From: Planctomycetales bacterium
GTDB taxonomy: Bacteria > 4484-113
Assembly (NCBI GenBank): GCA_037441675.1
Contig: JBBIRS010000002.1
Coordinates: 263,249-327,248 of the forward strand
Direction: 5' to 3'
Length of the DNA: 64,000 nucleotides
Positions 51,300 through 61,296 of the stretch are shown in pieces; the stretch's first letter is position 1, and each line of letters starts with the position of its first letter. Made by a program: the position numbers and the translations under genes. The notes beneath the pieces were generated by a model. It made no database searches. It saw only the letters and a program-made list of their open reading frames with translations, and was not told the DNA's origin.

Positions 51300-52889
51300 A
51301 TGCTTGCAAAGGTCAAAACAGCTGCTCTAGCTGGCATGAGTGCAGAAGAGGTGTTTGTGGAGGTTGATGTTACCTTTGGCCAGAATGTTTTCAACTTAGT
51401 GGGTCTTCCGGACGTAAGCGTGAAGGAATCTGAGGAGCGAGTCCGAGCGGCGATAAGGAATTCTGACTTTGAATACCCCAGTGGACGTATCACTGTAAAC
51501 CTAGCACCAGCTGAAGTAAGGAAGAGCGGAACTTGGTACGATCTCCCCATAGCAATTGGGATTCTATGCGCCTCACATCAGATCCCAATTGATCCCATTG
51601 AGAGATTTATCATTGTTGGCGAAATCGCTCTTGATGGCTCTGTAAAACCAGTAAACGGAATACTCTCTGTAAGCCTAATGGCACGAAAGCTCGCCAGCAA
51701 AAAAAGAATGCTGTCACTTATTGTGCCTTTTGAGAATGCAAAAGAAGCAGCGTGCTTTCCGGAGGTTCAGGTTTATCCAGTTAGGCATCTAGCAGAATTA
51801 AGTTCATTTTTCAGGAGTACCATCCAAATCCTTCCACAACCTCCAACCTGCATTGAAGATTTATTAGCTCAAGCCAACTATGATGTTGACTTTGCAGAGG
51901 TTAAAGGGCAGGAGCATGCTAAGCGTGCTTTGGAGCTTGCAGCTTCTGGAATGCATAATGTTTTACTTATCGGTCCCCCTGGTTCGGGTAAGACTATGCT
52001 AGCTCAACGCGTGGCAACAATACTTCCTACACTAACTGTTGATGAGGCAATTGAGGTTTCAACAATCTATTCTATAGCTGGGAAGTTAGGTGAAGAGCGT
52101 ACTTTAATATCCACACGTCCTTTTAGGCATCCACATCATACAATCAGCGGGCCAGGTCTTGTTGGAGGTGGATCAAATCCACTTCCTGGCGAGCTATCCC
52201 TCGCACACACTGGAGTGCTTTTTTTAGATGAGATTTATGAGTTTGCACCCAAAATTCTAGACCTATTAAGACAACCGTTGGAAGATGGTGAAATAACAAT
52301 TAGTAGAGCAAAGGCTTCGATCACATTTCCAGCCCGAGTGCTAATGTTGGCTGCCGCCAATCCATGTCCCTGTGGATTTTATGGAGATCCAAGTAAACCT
52401 TGCCACTGTACCATGGGTGACATCAAGAAGTACCGTAAGCGGTTGTCTGGTTCTCTGCTTGATAGGATAGATATGGTAATTGAAGTGCCTCGTCTCGGCC
52501 TTGAAAAGATTGAATCACCTGCAGGTGAAACCTCCGCCGAAATTCGGAAGCGTGTTCTAAAAGCATGGAAAACTCAAGTTGCTCGCTACAAAACAGATTC
52601 GGCCACGGATTCCGAAGTTTCCTTAGCTTCATCTAAAAAAGTTCGATTCAATAGTCATTTGAAGGGCAAGGGAATTGATAGATTTTGCACCCTAGACGAT
52701 AGCGGTCAGAAACTTTTAGGGCGTGCCTTAGAGAAGCTTGGGCTTACCACAAGGGGATTTCAAAGCATTAAAAAAGTTGCCCGCACCATTGCGGATATTG
52801 AAGGAAGCGATATCATTAAGGTATCTCATCTTGCTGAGGCTATCCAATATCGCGCTGGCGAGGAAAGGGTAAGGCTAATTTCGCTATAA
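51300..52889 (+). CDS. comM: ComM/YifB family Mg-chelatase-like AAA ATPase
   Basis: VGLPD..VKES.ERVRAA, ITVNLAPA, VKGQ, GPPGSGKTM, RPFRHPHH, PGELSLAHTGVLFLDE, NPCPCG, VARTIAD. Confidence 0.92.
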   Translation: MLAKVKTAALAGMSAEEVFVEVDVTFGQNVFNLVGLPDVSVKESEERVRAAIRNSDFEYPSGRITVNLAPAEVRKSGTWYDLPIAIGILCASHQIPIDPIERFIIVGEIALDGSVKPVNGILSVSLMARKLASKKRMLSLIVPFENAKEAACFPEVQVYPVRHLAELSSFFRSTIQILPQPPTCIEDLLAQANYDVDFAEVKGQEHAKRALELAASGMHNVLLIGPPGSGKTMLAQRVATILPTLTVDEAIEVSTIYSIAGKLGEERTLISTRPFRHPHHTISGPGLVGGGSNPLPGELSLAHTGVLFLDEIYEFAPKILDLLRQPLEDGEITISRAKASITFPARVLMLAAANPCPCGFYGDPSKPCHCTMGDIKKYRKRLSGSLLDRIDMVIEVPRLGLEKIESPAGETSAEIRKRVLKAWKTQVARYKTDSATDSEVSLASSKKVRFNSHLKGKGIDRFCTLDDSGQKLLGRALEKLGLTTRGFQSIKKVARTIADIEGSDIIKVSHLAEAIQYRAGEERVRLISL

Positions 52890-53116
52890 AATATAAGAAA
52901 TTTTTCGCTTGCAATAAAACTGTTCTTGCCCAATACATTTAGTAATTGATTCAATCCTTAAGGCAAATTCAAGGATGCTTATTTTGGCATTAATCTCTCT
53001 ACTCTCATTAACTATGTTTAATCTACAATTTCATCCGGAAGAAACAGATATTTGTATCAATACCTTTGAAAAATTGCGGGGATTTACTGCAATGTATAAT
53101 AAGTTAAGGAGAAGCT

Positions 53117-54442
53117 GTGAAGCACGTCTGGCTTAAACTATTTCTAATAGCTGGAGATGTTGTAGGCATCTACCTCGTTTTGTTTATTACTATGCTGATT
53201 TCTGCATCCTCAGATAGAGCCTTTCTTTTATTAAATTTAGATTTTACCTCCACCTTTTCTTATTTAGTAATTTTAATAGTTGCCTTTGTTTTAGGAGGAT
53301 TATACAGGGATACGAGGATAAAGAGTGTTATTGAACATAGCGCTCATCTCATTAGCTCAATTACTGTTGCTGTTATCCTTATTTATACGTTTAATATGCT
53401 TGCTATCAGGCAATCAAAATCTGCGCAATTAAACCCCTTACTACTTGGTTTAATTATTCTTTTGATAAGCATTTTATGGAGATACATTTTTAACAAAATT
53501 TGTAATGTTTACAATCTCCAAGAAAGAGTAGCTCTAATTGGAAACGATCCTCTAATTGATAAGCTTGAACAAGCGTTAAAGAGCCATCAAGAGTTCGGTT
53601 ATAGATGCGTACTAAAGTTGCCCTCCTTTGAAGACGATGAAACGAAATCTCTGATACGTGCTAATAAGGTTGATACACTCGTGGTTGCAGAAAAGTACGT
53701 TGGAAATCCAATCAACAGTCAGCAGCTGACAGAGCTTTTAATGCCTAACGTTAGTTTTATTACCGCTACTAATTTCTATGAGAATAGTCTTAGAAGACTC
53801 CCGGTGAACCAAGTAAACGCGAGTTGGATATTAGAGGCAGTAGCGAAACACCCGAGACCCGGCTTTAGATTCATGAAGAGAATTTTTGATGTCATCCTTG
53901 GAACTGTGGGCCTCTTGTTGTCCCTTCCAGTGATTGCAATCGTCGCTATCTTTGTCAAAGCGGAAAGTAAGGGTCCTGCGCTTTACTTCCAGAAGAGAAC
54001 AGGCTTAGGAGGGAGCGTGTTTACCGCTATTAAAATTAGAACGATGATTGAAAATGCTGAAACCGAAGAGCCCCTTTGGGCTGAAGAAGGAGATGAGCGA
54101 GCAACGTTCATTGGGCGCTTGCTACGCAGAATAAGGGTTGACGAACTCCCGCAGTTTATTAACATCATCAAGGGAGAGATGAGTTTAATAGGTCCGCGTC
54201 CTGAAAGACCAGCACTTGAGCCAAAACTTGAAAGAGAAATTCCATTCTATAATTTGCGTTATTTGGTAAAACCTGGTCTTACGGGTTGGGCGCAGGTTAA
54301 TTATCACTACGGAGCTTCAGTTAAAGATGCGATTGAGAAATTGGAATACGATCTTTACTACATCATGCATCAATCGCTCCCCCTTGATATTGAAATTATT
54401 CTTAGAACCATCTGGATTGTGCTAAAGGCTAAAGGGCGGTAA
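53117..54442 (+). CDS. Polyprenyl glycosylphosphotransferase (priming sugar transferase, WcaJ/WbaP-like)
   Basis: Four N-terminal TM helices; KRIFDV, RVDELPQFINIIKGEMSLIGPRPE, KPGLTGWAQV, DLYYI. Confidence 0.92.
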   Translation: MKHVWLKLFLIAGDVVGIYLVLFITMLISASSDRAFLLLNLDFTSTFSYLVILIVAFVLGGLYRDTRIKSVIEHSAHLISSITVAVILIYTFNMLAIRQSKSAQLNPLLLGLIILLISILWRYIFNKICNVYNLQERVALIGNDPLIDKLEQALKSHQEFGYRCVLKLPSFEDDETKSLIRANKVDTLVVAEKYVGNPINSQQLTELLMPNVSFITATNFYENSLRRLPVNQVNASWILEAVAKHPRPGFRFMKRIFDVILGTVGLLLSLPVIAIVAIFVKAESKGPALYFQKRTGLGGSVFTAIKIRTMIENAETEEPLWAEEGDERATFIGRLLRRIRVDELPQFINIIKGEMSLIGPRPERPALEPKLEREIPFYNLRYLVKPGLTGWAQVNYHYGASVKDAIEKLEYDLYYIMHQSLPLDIEIILRTIWIVLKAKGR

Positions 54443-54445
54443 AGG

Positions 54446-55378
54446 TTGAGGATCCTCCTTACAGGTGGTGCAGGTTTCATAGGCTCACATATTACGGACG
54501 CCTATTTACGAGAAGGACATAGCGTAGCGGTTATTGACGATCTTACCAGCGGTAGCCTTGAGAATCTTAATCCACAAGCGAGCTTCTTCAAAGTAGATAT
54601 AAGATCCGAAGATGTCAAAGAGATATTTGAAAAGGTAAAACCGGAAGTGGTCAATCACCACGCGGCGTTCATAAGTGTTAGAAATTCCTTCGAACAACCC
54701 TATGAAACTTGTGATGTTAATGTTCTTGGAACGTTGAACTTATTAGAGTTATCTGTAAAGAATAACGTTAAACATTTCATATTCGCCTCCACAGGTGGTG
54801 CCCTTTATGGCGATGCAGAAGAGATTCCTACTAGTGAAGATGCGCCTCTTAAGCCTCTATCGCCCTATGCTCTTACTAAAGTAGTCGCTGAGGATAATAT
54901 AAGGCTTTTCTACCAAAGATATTCGCTTCCATACACGATTCTCCGCTATGGTAATGTATATGGTCCCAGACAGGATCCACACGGCGAAGCAGGGGTTGTA
55001 GCAATTTTCATTGGTAAACTCCTCAGAGGCGAATGCCTTCCTGTAAATGGTGATGGCAATCAAACAAGAGACTTTATATATGTTGATGACATTGTTAGGG
55101 CGAATCTGGCAATACTTACCTCTCCAAAGATGGAATGCTACAACCTGGGAACTTCTAAAGAGACAAGTGTGAATCAGATTATTGACGCCCTAGGGGAGGT
55201 TACGGAGAATAGAGTAGAAAGAATCTATCGCGAACCAGTCCAAGGTGAAGTAAGGAGGTCAGCCTTGTCAAGTAAGAAAGCCCTTCAAGACTTCAAATGG
55301 TTTGCAGAGACAGAGATTAGGGAAGGGCTAAGACGAACATATGCCTGGTTCAAAAATCGTAATGAGAATAAAAAATAG
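54446..55378 (+). CDS. NAD-dependent epimerase/dehydratase (UDP-glucose 4-epimerase-like)
   Basis: TGGAGFIGSH, STGGALYG, YALTK (YxxxK), RYGNVYGPRQDPHGEAGVV. Confidence 0.9.
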   Translation: MRILLTGGAGFIGSHITDAYLREGHSVAVIDDLTSGSLENLNPQASFFKVDIRSEDVKEIFEKVKPEVVNHHAAFISVRNSFEQPYETCDVNVLGTLNLLELSVKNNVKHFIFASTGGALYGDAEEIPTSEDAPLKPLSPYALTKVVAEDNIRLFYQRYSLPYTILRYGNVYGPRQDPHGEAGVVAIFIGKLLRGECLPVNGDGNQTRDFIYVDDIVRANLAILTSPKMECYNLGTSKETSVNQIIDALGEVTENRVERIYREPVQGEVRRSALSSKKALQDFKWFAETEIREGLRRTYAWFKNRNENKK

Positions 55379-55455
55379 CAACTATAATCCCACTCACTAG
55401 ATTAAGCAGGCTTACATTGATGGAAATATTCTCTTAAAAGCAGAGATATCGCAGG

Positions 55456-55828
55456 TGGTGGAGGTGGGGGGAGTCGAACCCCCGTCCCGGGAAGCTTTCG
55501 GATTAGTCTCTACGGTGATAGCTCACGATTTTTGCCTAACAAAATAGGCTCTTTCGCAAACTAAACGGTCCGTGAGCCAACGTTATAGTTTGCGGCAAGC
55601 CTTAATGTCCCCACGGAACAGCCACCTCCGTAGGCAAGTCCGCTTCTTTGCCCCAAACGTCCGCCACGGACACTCGGACGCTGAGGTGTCGCCACTTTCT
55701 TAGGCGACAGCGAGTTCAAAATTGTTGGCGCTTGATAGCGTCCCCACTGACTTTTTTGGTGGTCTCGTGGGCTTCCACCCACCGCAACCGCTCCGTCAAC
55801 TCTTCCGGTCAAAACCAAACCCACCCCC
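55456..55828 (-). ncRNA. ssrA: tmRNA (SsrA), one-piece; predicted tag (A)ANNFELAVA
   Basis: 5' GGGGGTG pairs with 3' CACCTCC-ACCA with a G3.U wobble; T-arm GGGGG-TTCGACT-CCCCC. Tag reading frame at 55729-55700 is GCC AAC AAT TTT GAA CTC GCT GTC GCC TAA. Confidence 0.95.
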
Positions 55829-55923
55829 ATTTCAATGTGCACTGAGGAAGACAATCCTCATTAATATTATACCTAATCTAATGCCAATTAGGCTCTATTG
55901 CAAAATTTTAATCAACCCAATGA

Positions 55924-57096
55924 TTATTCCTTCAAGTTCTGCAGTCTTTCACATAAAAAACCAACTATTCGCTCTGCTGCCCTTCCGTCGCCGAAAGGGT
56001 TGTCCGCGTTTCGTGGAGGAATATGCCCTGCCCGAACTTGCTCAAGATTTTGTGATAATTCAGCCTCTATTCTTTCTGAATCTGTTCCTATTACTTTTAC
56101 AAAACCTGCGTTAACTGCCTCAGGGCGCTCAGTTTCTTTTCTTAAGACTAGAGTGAATTTCTTTAACCCACAAGCTTCTTCCTGAATGCCACCAGAATCC
56201 GTAACAACGAGTGCAGACCTATCCATCAAGTTTACAAAGGACACGTAATCAGGCGCAGGAATGAGTAAGACATTTGGCAAGTCATCAAATGTTGATCCTA
56301 AGCCATCTTTAAGAGTTGGATTGGGATGTAAAGCATATATCATCCCAGTCATTCTGTGCTCTTCAGCAAATTTCCTAAGACCAGCCTTAATCCTATTTAA
56401 GGGTTCACCCCAATTTTCTCTACGATGGGTGGTAACTGTTATAAACTCAGGATGTTTTTTGATGAAATGCTTAATCTTAGCATCAAACTCAAAAGGCATT
56501 CCTCTTGCCAGATTTAATGCATCAACCACCGTATTTCCAGAAACAATAATATTATCCGCCTCGAAATGCTCCTTTAATAGATTATTCCTCGCACCGTCGG
56601 TTGGGCAGAAGTGGTAGTCAGAAAGCTGGTCAATTAATCTTCTGTTAATCTCTTCTGGGTAAGGGATTAACCTGTCAGAAGTCCTAAGACCTGCTTCAAC
56701 GTGTCCAACTGGAACTTTGTTGTAGAAACCAGCTAGCGCTCCTGTGAGTGCAGTGGTAGTATCTCCTTGTACTAGTATGCAGTCAGGGCTTTCAGAACGA
56801 ATAATCTCCCCAAGGCGAGCAAGCGCGTTTGTAACTATTTGGTCAAGATGCTGACCTTCTTCCATTATATTCAGATCGTGAGCGGGCTTTACGTTGAATA
56901 GGGCTAAAACCTGATCAAGTAATTCTCTATGCTGACCTGTAACTATAAGTTGGTGGTTGAAGAGCTTTCTCCCCTGAGAAGAATTTTTGCCAGTTTGGTT
57001 GGGAAACCTTTGTGCATTTTCCAAAGCATAAATTACTGGAACCATTTTTATGGCTTCTGGACGAGTGCCGATAATTGACATCACCTTAATAGTCAC
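55924..57096 (-). CDS. wecB: UDP-N-acetylglucosamine 2-epimerase (non-hydrolysing)
   Basis: GTRPEAIKM, TGQHRE, VQGDTTT, GHVEAGLRT, PEEINR, HRREN, TDSGGIQEEA, ETERPE, NPFGDG. Confidence 0.96.
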   Translation of the reverse strand: MTIKVMSIIGTRPEAIKMVPVIYALENAQRFPNQTGKNSSQGRKLFNHQLIVTGQHRELLDQVLALFNVKPAHDLNIMEEGQHLDQIVTNALARLGEIIRSESPDCILVQGDTTTALTGALAGFYNKVPVGHVEAGLRTSDRLIPYPEEINRRLIDQLSDYHFCPTDGARNNLLKEHFEADNIIVSGNTVVDALNLARGMPFEFDAKIKHFIKKHPEFITVTTHRRENWGEPLNRIKAGLRKFAEEHRMTGMIYALHPNPTLKDGLGSTFDDLPNVLLIPAPDYVSFVNLMDRSALVVTDSGGIQEEACGLKKFTLVLRKETERPEAVNAGFVKVIGTDSERIEAELSQNLEQVRAGHIPPRNADNPFGDGRAAERIVGFLCERLQNLKE

Positions 57097-57165
57097 AGAC
57101 CTGAGTATAACAGAATGTGAAGATGGAGAATAAATTCATTCTTATCTGAATTTATCTAATTCAAT

Positions 57166-57939
57166 TCAAAAGAGCTTAAAGACGATTGTATAGCCTATAG
57201 TAATGCGGAAATCCTCCGCTGAAGGGTTTAATCCCCAGATTCCTGCCATATCCCAGAACCCCTTATCTCCTTGCTTGGAGCGCAAACCGAGAAGAATGAA
57301 GTTCTGCGTCGGCTGGCGAGAGCTGTTTGTATGTCCGTTAAATTCAATGAGAAAGTTAGATTTTTCGTTTAAGGCTGTTTCCGCAGAGATGCCGTATTGA
57401 AAGATGTCATCCTGCCCTATAGACTGTGATGTCTTTTCCAGAATGCCAAGCCCAATATTGGCTGTCAGACGCGTCTTGCCAAACTTTCCCGTGAGCATTC
57501 CACGCCCATAAAAATCCGTAGTATCTGGGCCAAGACCCTTTCTTGTGTCTTGGGAAGGTAGCTTAACGCCAAATCCAAGAGCTATCTGCGGTAAAGAGCC
57601 TTCTCCATTGTGAACCTGAATCTTCGTCGCAAGGATAAGAGTCTCCACATCATAACCCATTTCCTTTCCATCCTCTATTGATTCCCCGAGATTAAAGAGA
57701 ACAATAGATTCAGCTATGCCTCCAAGCCCGATTTTCCAATATATCGCTGGAAGGCGAAATTGGTTCACCTTAGAGTTCACTATCGCATAATCTCCCCCAA
57801 GCCTCAATTCCGAAATTCCCTGGGGAAGAATTTCTGCTTCCTCGCTCCATAGAGGAGGCTGGGCGAAGGCTACCCGAAGCACATTTAGAAGAAAAACAAG
57901 AACTAGTATCGGAAGAAGGAAATAATCCACTAGCTTCAT
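57166..57939 (-). CDS. Putative outer-membrane beta-barrel/transporter
   Basis: Signal peptide ending AFA; alternating amphipathic beta-strands; VKLPS..GLGPDTTD; C-terminal Phe. Confidence 0.55.
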   Translation of the reverse strand: MKLVDYFLLPILVLVFLLNVLRVAFAQPPLWSEEAEILPQGISELRLGGDYAIVNSKVNQFRLPAIYWKIGLGGIAESIVLFNLGESIEDGKEMGYDVETLILATKIQVHNGEGSLPQIALGFGVKLPSQDTRKGLGPDTTDFYGRGMLTGKFGKTRLTANIGLGILEKTSQSIGQDDIFQYGISAETALNEKSNFLIEFNGHTNSSRQPTQNFILLGLRSKQGDKGFWDMAGIWGLNPSAEDFRITIGYTIVFKLF

Positions 57940-58056
57940 AGATGGCTATTATACATTTACATAGTTTCATTAGCTTCTCCTGATCGATAGAAACTAGAGA
58001 ATACCCTTTAGTCCTTTTCTCTGAGCGTCGATTCGGTTTCTTGATAAAATCAAAGG

Positions 58057-58902
58057 GTGCAAATTTGGGATGACCTAATTTTACTCGCCTTAAGAGAAGA
58101 TATTGAGTGCGGCGACATAACCACGCTTGCGCTTTTTTCTGAGGAGCACAGGTGTCAAGGCAGCCTACTCGCAAAAGGTGTGGGAGTCGTTTCCGGAATG
58201 GATTTGTTTCAGCGGGTGTTTCAGCTCTTGGATGTTACCGCTACGATTGATGTAATCAAGCCCGATGCCTCTCAAGTTAAGGTGGGTGACGAAATCGCAA
58301 GAGTTGCTGGAAAGACGCAGGCGATTCTCGCCGGGGAGCGTGTCGCGCTAAACTTCCTGATGAGGATGAGCGGAATCGCAACTGCAACTTATAACCTGCA
58401 GGAAAGGCTTAAAGATAAGGGGCTTCCCATAAAAATTGCCGACACACGCAAGACGACACCCCTTTGGCGATACTGGGAAAAGAAGGCTGTGCGAGATGGG
58501 GGAGGAATGAACCATAGGACGGGGCTTTCTGATTCCTTCTTGATTAAAGATAACCACATCAAGCTTGCAAATGGTTCTGATGCGGCAGTCAGGAAGGTTC
58601 TATCACAACTTCGCCATATAGATACATTGGAAGTTGAGGTAACGGATATTTCTCAAATAGAACCGCTTCTGAGGCTTGGTGTCCAAACGATCCTCTTGGA
58701 TAATATGACACCTGATGACGTAAGGCAAGCGGTTAAGCTTATTGCAGGTAGAGCAAGGGTTGAGGTATCAGGTGGAATTACTCCTGAAAACATTGACGAG
58801 TATGCAATACCCGGTATACACGTTATCAGCAGTGGTTGGCTAACTCAATCGGCTCCTGCATTGAACTTTTCTCTTGAAATAACTAAGGAGGGTAATATCT
58901 AG
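58057..58902 (+). CDS. nadC: Nicotinate-nucleotide diphosphorylase (carboxylating)
   Basis: EDI..GDITT, GERVALN, SGIAT, DTRKTTP, NHR, LIKDNH, ILLDNM, EVSGGI. Confidence 0.96.
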   Translation: MQIWDDLILLALREDIECGDITTLALFSEEHRCQGSLLAKGVGVVSGMDLFQRVFQLLDVTATIDVIKPDASQVKVGDEIARVAGKTQAILAGERVALNFLMRMSGIATATYNLQERLKDKGLPIKIADTRKTTPLWRYWEKKAVRDGGGMNHRTGLSDSFLIKDNHIKLANGSDAAVRKVLSQLRHIDTLEVEVTDISQIEPLLRLGVQTILLDNMTPDDVRQAVKLIAGRARVEVSGGITPENIDEYAIPGIHVISSGWLTQSAPALNFSLEITKEGNI

Positions 58903-59679
58903 GTGCTTCTAGCTTGCGATATTGGCAACACTAATATTGTTATCGGAGTATGGAAGGATCAGAACCTTGTGGCAAGGTTTCGTGTCCACACCAGGGTGGA
59001 TGCAACAAGTGATGAATACATCGCTACCATTTCCAACCTTCTCTCAGCTATACAGCTACCTTTAGAGAAATTTGATGGATGCGTTTTGAGCAGTGTAGTT
59101 CCACCACTTACCTCTGAACTGGTAAGCGCCCTCAAAAAAATTTCGCAGGTAGACGTTTTTGTCATATCACCTGGTATTAAAACTGGGCTTAACATCCTTT
59201 ATGATGACCCGCGAGAAGTGGGCGCTGACAGAATTGTTAATTCCGTTGCAGCTATCTCAATTGAAAAGCCTCCCTTGATAGTTGTAGATTTTGGAACCGC
59301 TACTACCTTTGATTTGATTACTCCGCCGGCTAATTACGTGGGAGGTGCAATTGCGCCTGGGCTCTTTATTTCCATGGAAGCCCTCATCAATAGAACCGCT
59401 AAATTACCAAAGGTGGAAATGTTTATTCCAGCTAGTGCCATTGGAGATAACACGGAAGATGCCATCAGAAGTGGTGTTATCTTAGGGCATAGCGTTATGG
59501 CTGATGGAATCATTGAACGGATAGAAAAGGAACGAAATATTCAGACTCGAGTAATAGCCACAGGGGGATTTGCAGAGCTAATTAAGAGCACCTCTAAAAG
59601 GATTGATAGGGTTGAACCAAATTTGACACTTCTCGGCCTAAAGATACTTTGGGAGAAAAACAAGATAACAAAATTATGA
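58903..59679 (+). CDS. coaX: Type III pantothenate kinase
   Basis: DIGNTN, SSVVP, VGADR, VDFGTATTFD, GGAIAPG, ATGG, LTLLGL. Confidence 0.96.
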   Translation: MLLACDIGNTNIVIGVWKDQNLVARFRVHTRVDATSDEYIATISNLLSAIQLPLEKFDGCVLSSVVPPLTSELVSALKKISQVDVFVISPGIKTGLNILYDDPREVGADRIVNSVAAISIEKPPLIVVDFGTATTFDLITPPANYVGGAIAPGLFISMEALINRTAKLPKVEMFIPASAIGDNTEDAIRSGVILGHSVMADGIIERIEKERNIQTRVIATGGFAELIKSTSKRIDRVEPNLTLLGLKILWEKNKITKL

Positions 59680-59729
59680 TACAAGTAAAGAATAGTGCTT
59701 AAGGTAACCATTATTCAAAGGGAGAATCT

Positions 59730-59987
59730 ATGTTAGCTACCACTGAGTTTGAATTTAACCGGATAAATATAAATAAGTATGGAGAGATTTTCTTTGATGT
59801 AGACGGAAGTTACACTGATATGAGCGGTTTTATTATTGCGAGATTACTAGGAGAATTAGGCTTAATTGAGTATATAGACGAAGACAATCATGCGGATGGC
59901 AGTGAGTATGATGGCAAATACAGAAGGATTAGGTTAACCGCTGAAGTCGTTGAAGAAAGAGAAACTTTCGAATCAGGTAAAATGTGA
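59730..59987 (+). CDS. Small acidic hypothetical protein (85 aa)
   Basis: GGGAG SD upstream; co-directional after coaX; protein-like composition. Confidence 0.6.
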   Translation: MLATTEFEFNRININKYGEIFFDVDGSYTDMSGFIIARLLGELGLIEYIDEDNHADGSEYDGKYRRIRLTAEVVEERETFESGKM

Positions 59988-60299
59988 AGTCTATTAATTA
60001 GACTAAAGTATTATAGGTAAATATCCGTAAGCCTGACATATCAAAAAATGTTCTGCCAGCTCTTCAATTAGTAAATCGGAAATAAAGAACAATTGACGGT
60101 TCTTTCTCGTAAAGATTTACTCTTTGAAGATGCTAACCTTCTCAGGTTCTTCTAGTTTCATTGGAGAGGTCTCTTTGAGATAATCTTCCAGACGTACATT
60201 CAATGGAAGTCTCAAAACAAAAATCTACACTACTCTGCCACTATAGAGAACGAAGGCAAGGTAATCCTTAGCACTCTGATATACGTATTGAGCGCATAC

Positions 60300-60795
60300 C
60301 TTTCTGCCAAGCGAAATGGGGAATCACTTTATATTTAGCTTGGACATCTGACTTAGTAGAGCCAGGTGTTATTCCTTTCTTAGTCTTTATGCCTGGAGCA
60401 ATCTTTGGAAATTCTAAGGCAAATTTCTCAAGCTTCTCCTTGCTTAGAATCTCAGCAAAGTATTTTTTTTCTCAATTGATTCTCCTAGAGCGTAACGGGA
60501 GCGAGCGTATACCCTGTTTCTCAAAATAATCTTGTCAATTCTCTTATCCAAATCTATATCAGTAACTGTAGAACAAATTCCAGTTTCTCATCAGTAATTG
60601 TAGCGAAGCCTCACCACCACCGGAGGCACGTGCTGCAGGATAAATCTTTCTCAAGATTGGAACATTCTCATAGAATTGATCAATTCCCAAACCCAACTTA
60701 ATCCCCAGGCCAAAATCCTCATCCGAGTATTCGGAACGAGCACATTTGATTAATTGCAAAGCTAGAATAAGTAGTAGATAATTCCCAACCCTCAT
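60300..60795 (-). pseudogene. Probable fragmented gene for a secreted protein
   Basis: A signal-peptide-like ORF (60559-60795) is followed by protein-like pieces in other frames (DKRIDKIILRNRVY; GIKTKKGITPGSTKSDVQAKY), broken by stops and an A-run. Downstream limit is approximate. Confidence 0.4.
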
Positions 60796-60895
60796 ACTTT
60801 CTTTATTTTACAACCTTTAAGACATCGGGGGACAGGAAAATTTAGGACGAGAATAATTCCTTAGCCATGAGGATAAGGGGCAGGAGTGAGATATA

Positions 60896-60969
60896 TGGGT
60901 CGTCCTGGACTCGAACCAGGGACCTCGTCCTTATCAGGGACGCGCTCTAACCACCTGAGCTAACGACCC
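60896..60969 (-). tRNA. tRNA-Ile (anticodon GAT), stand-alone, CCA not encoded
   Basis: GGGTCGT...CGTCC-CTGATAA-GGACG...CCTGG-TTCGAGT-CCAGG-ACGACCC-A cloverleaf. Confidence 0.96.
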
Positions 60970-60978
60970 CACAATTAA

Positions 60979-61007
60979 AATATACCCCTAGTGTTTCCTA
61001 ATGTCAA
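60979..61007 (-). promoter_or_regulatory. Sigma70 promoter of tRNA-Ile
   Basis: TTGACA (61007-61002), 17-nt spacer, TATATT (60984-60979). Confidence 0.7.
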
Positions 61008-61296
61008 CGCTAAGCATCTCCCATTAAGGAAAACACAAAACATTAGAAGAAGGGATTTGTAGAGTAGCCATCAGGCTATTCTCAAGTTAGGACTTACTCT
61101 GAAGCGTACTTATTTCAGCCTAGATGCGAGTAGATGGGAACGGGAATACGCCTGCATTTTCAAAGTATCTTGCCACCCGAAAGTACCTTCCGAGAATGTA
61201 AGCATTTGCAACTGGAAAGGAGATAAAACGCCAGCTAACTCTTCCGTCATAAAGACCTAAACTTTTAGTCGTCCCATTCCATTAAAAGTTCTTATA

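Noticed and set aside
55561..56185. Track ORFs overlapping the tmRNA and the wecB end
   Set aside because: These are by-products of the GC-rich tmRNA and of antisense reading of wecB.
61020..61290. Possible structured ncRNA between tRNA-Ile and ispE (hairpin GAGTAGCC-ATCA-GGCTATTC)
   Set aside because: One small hairpin only; no recognisable 6S, SRP or RNase P features. An Rfam scan would be needed.
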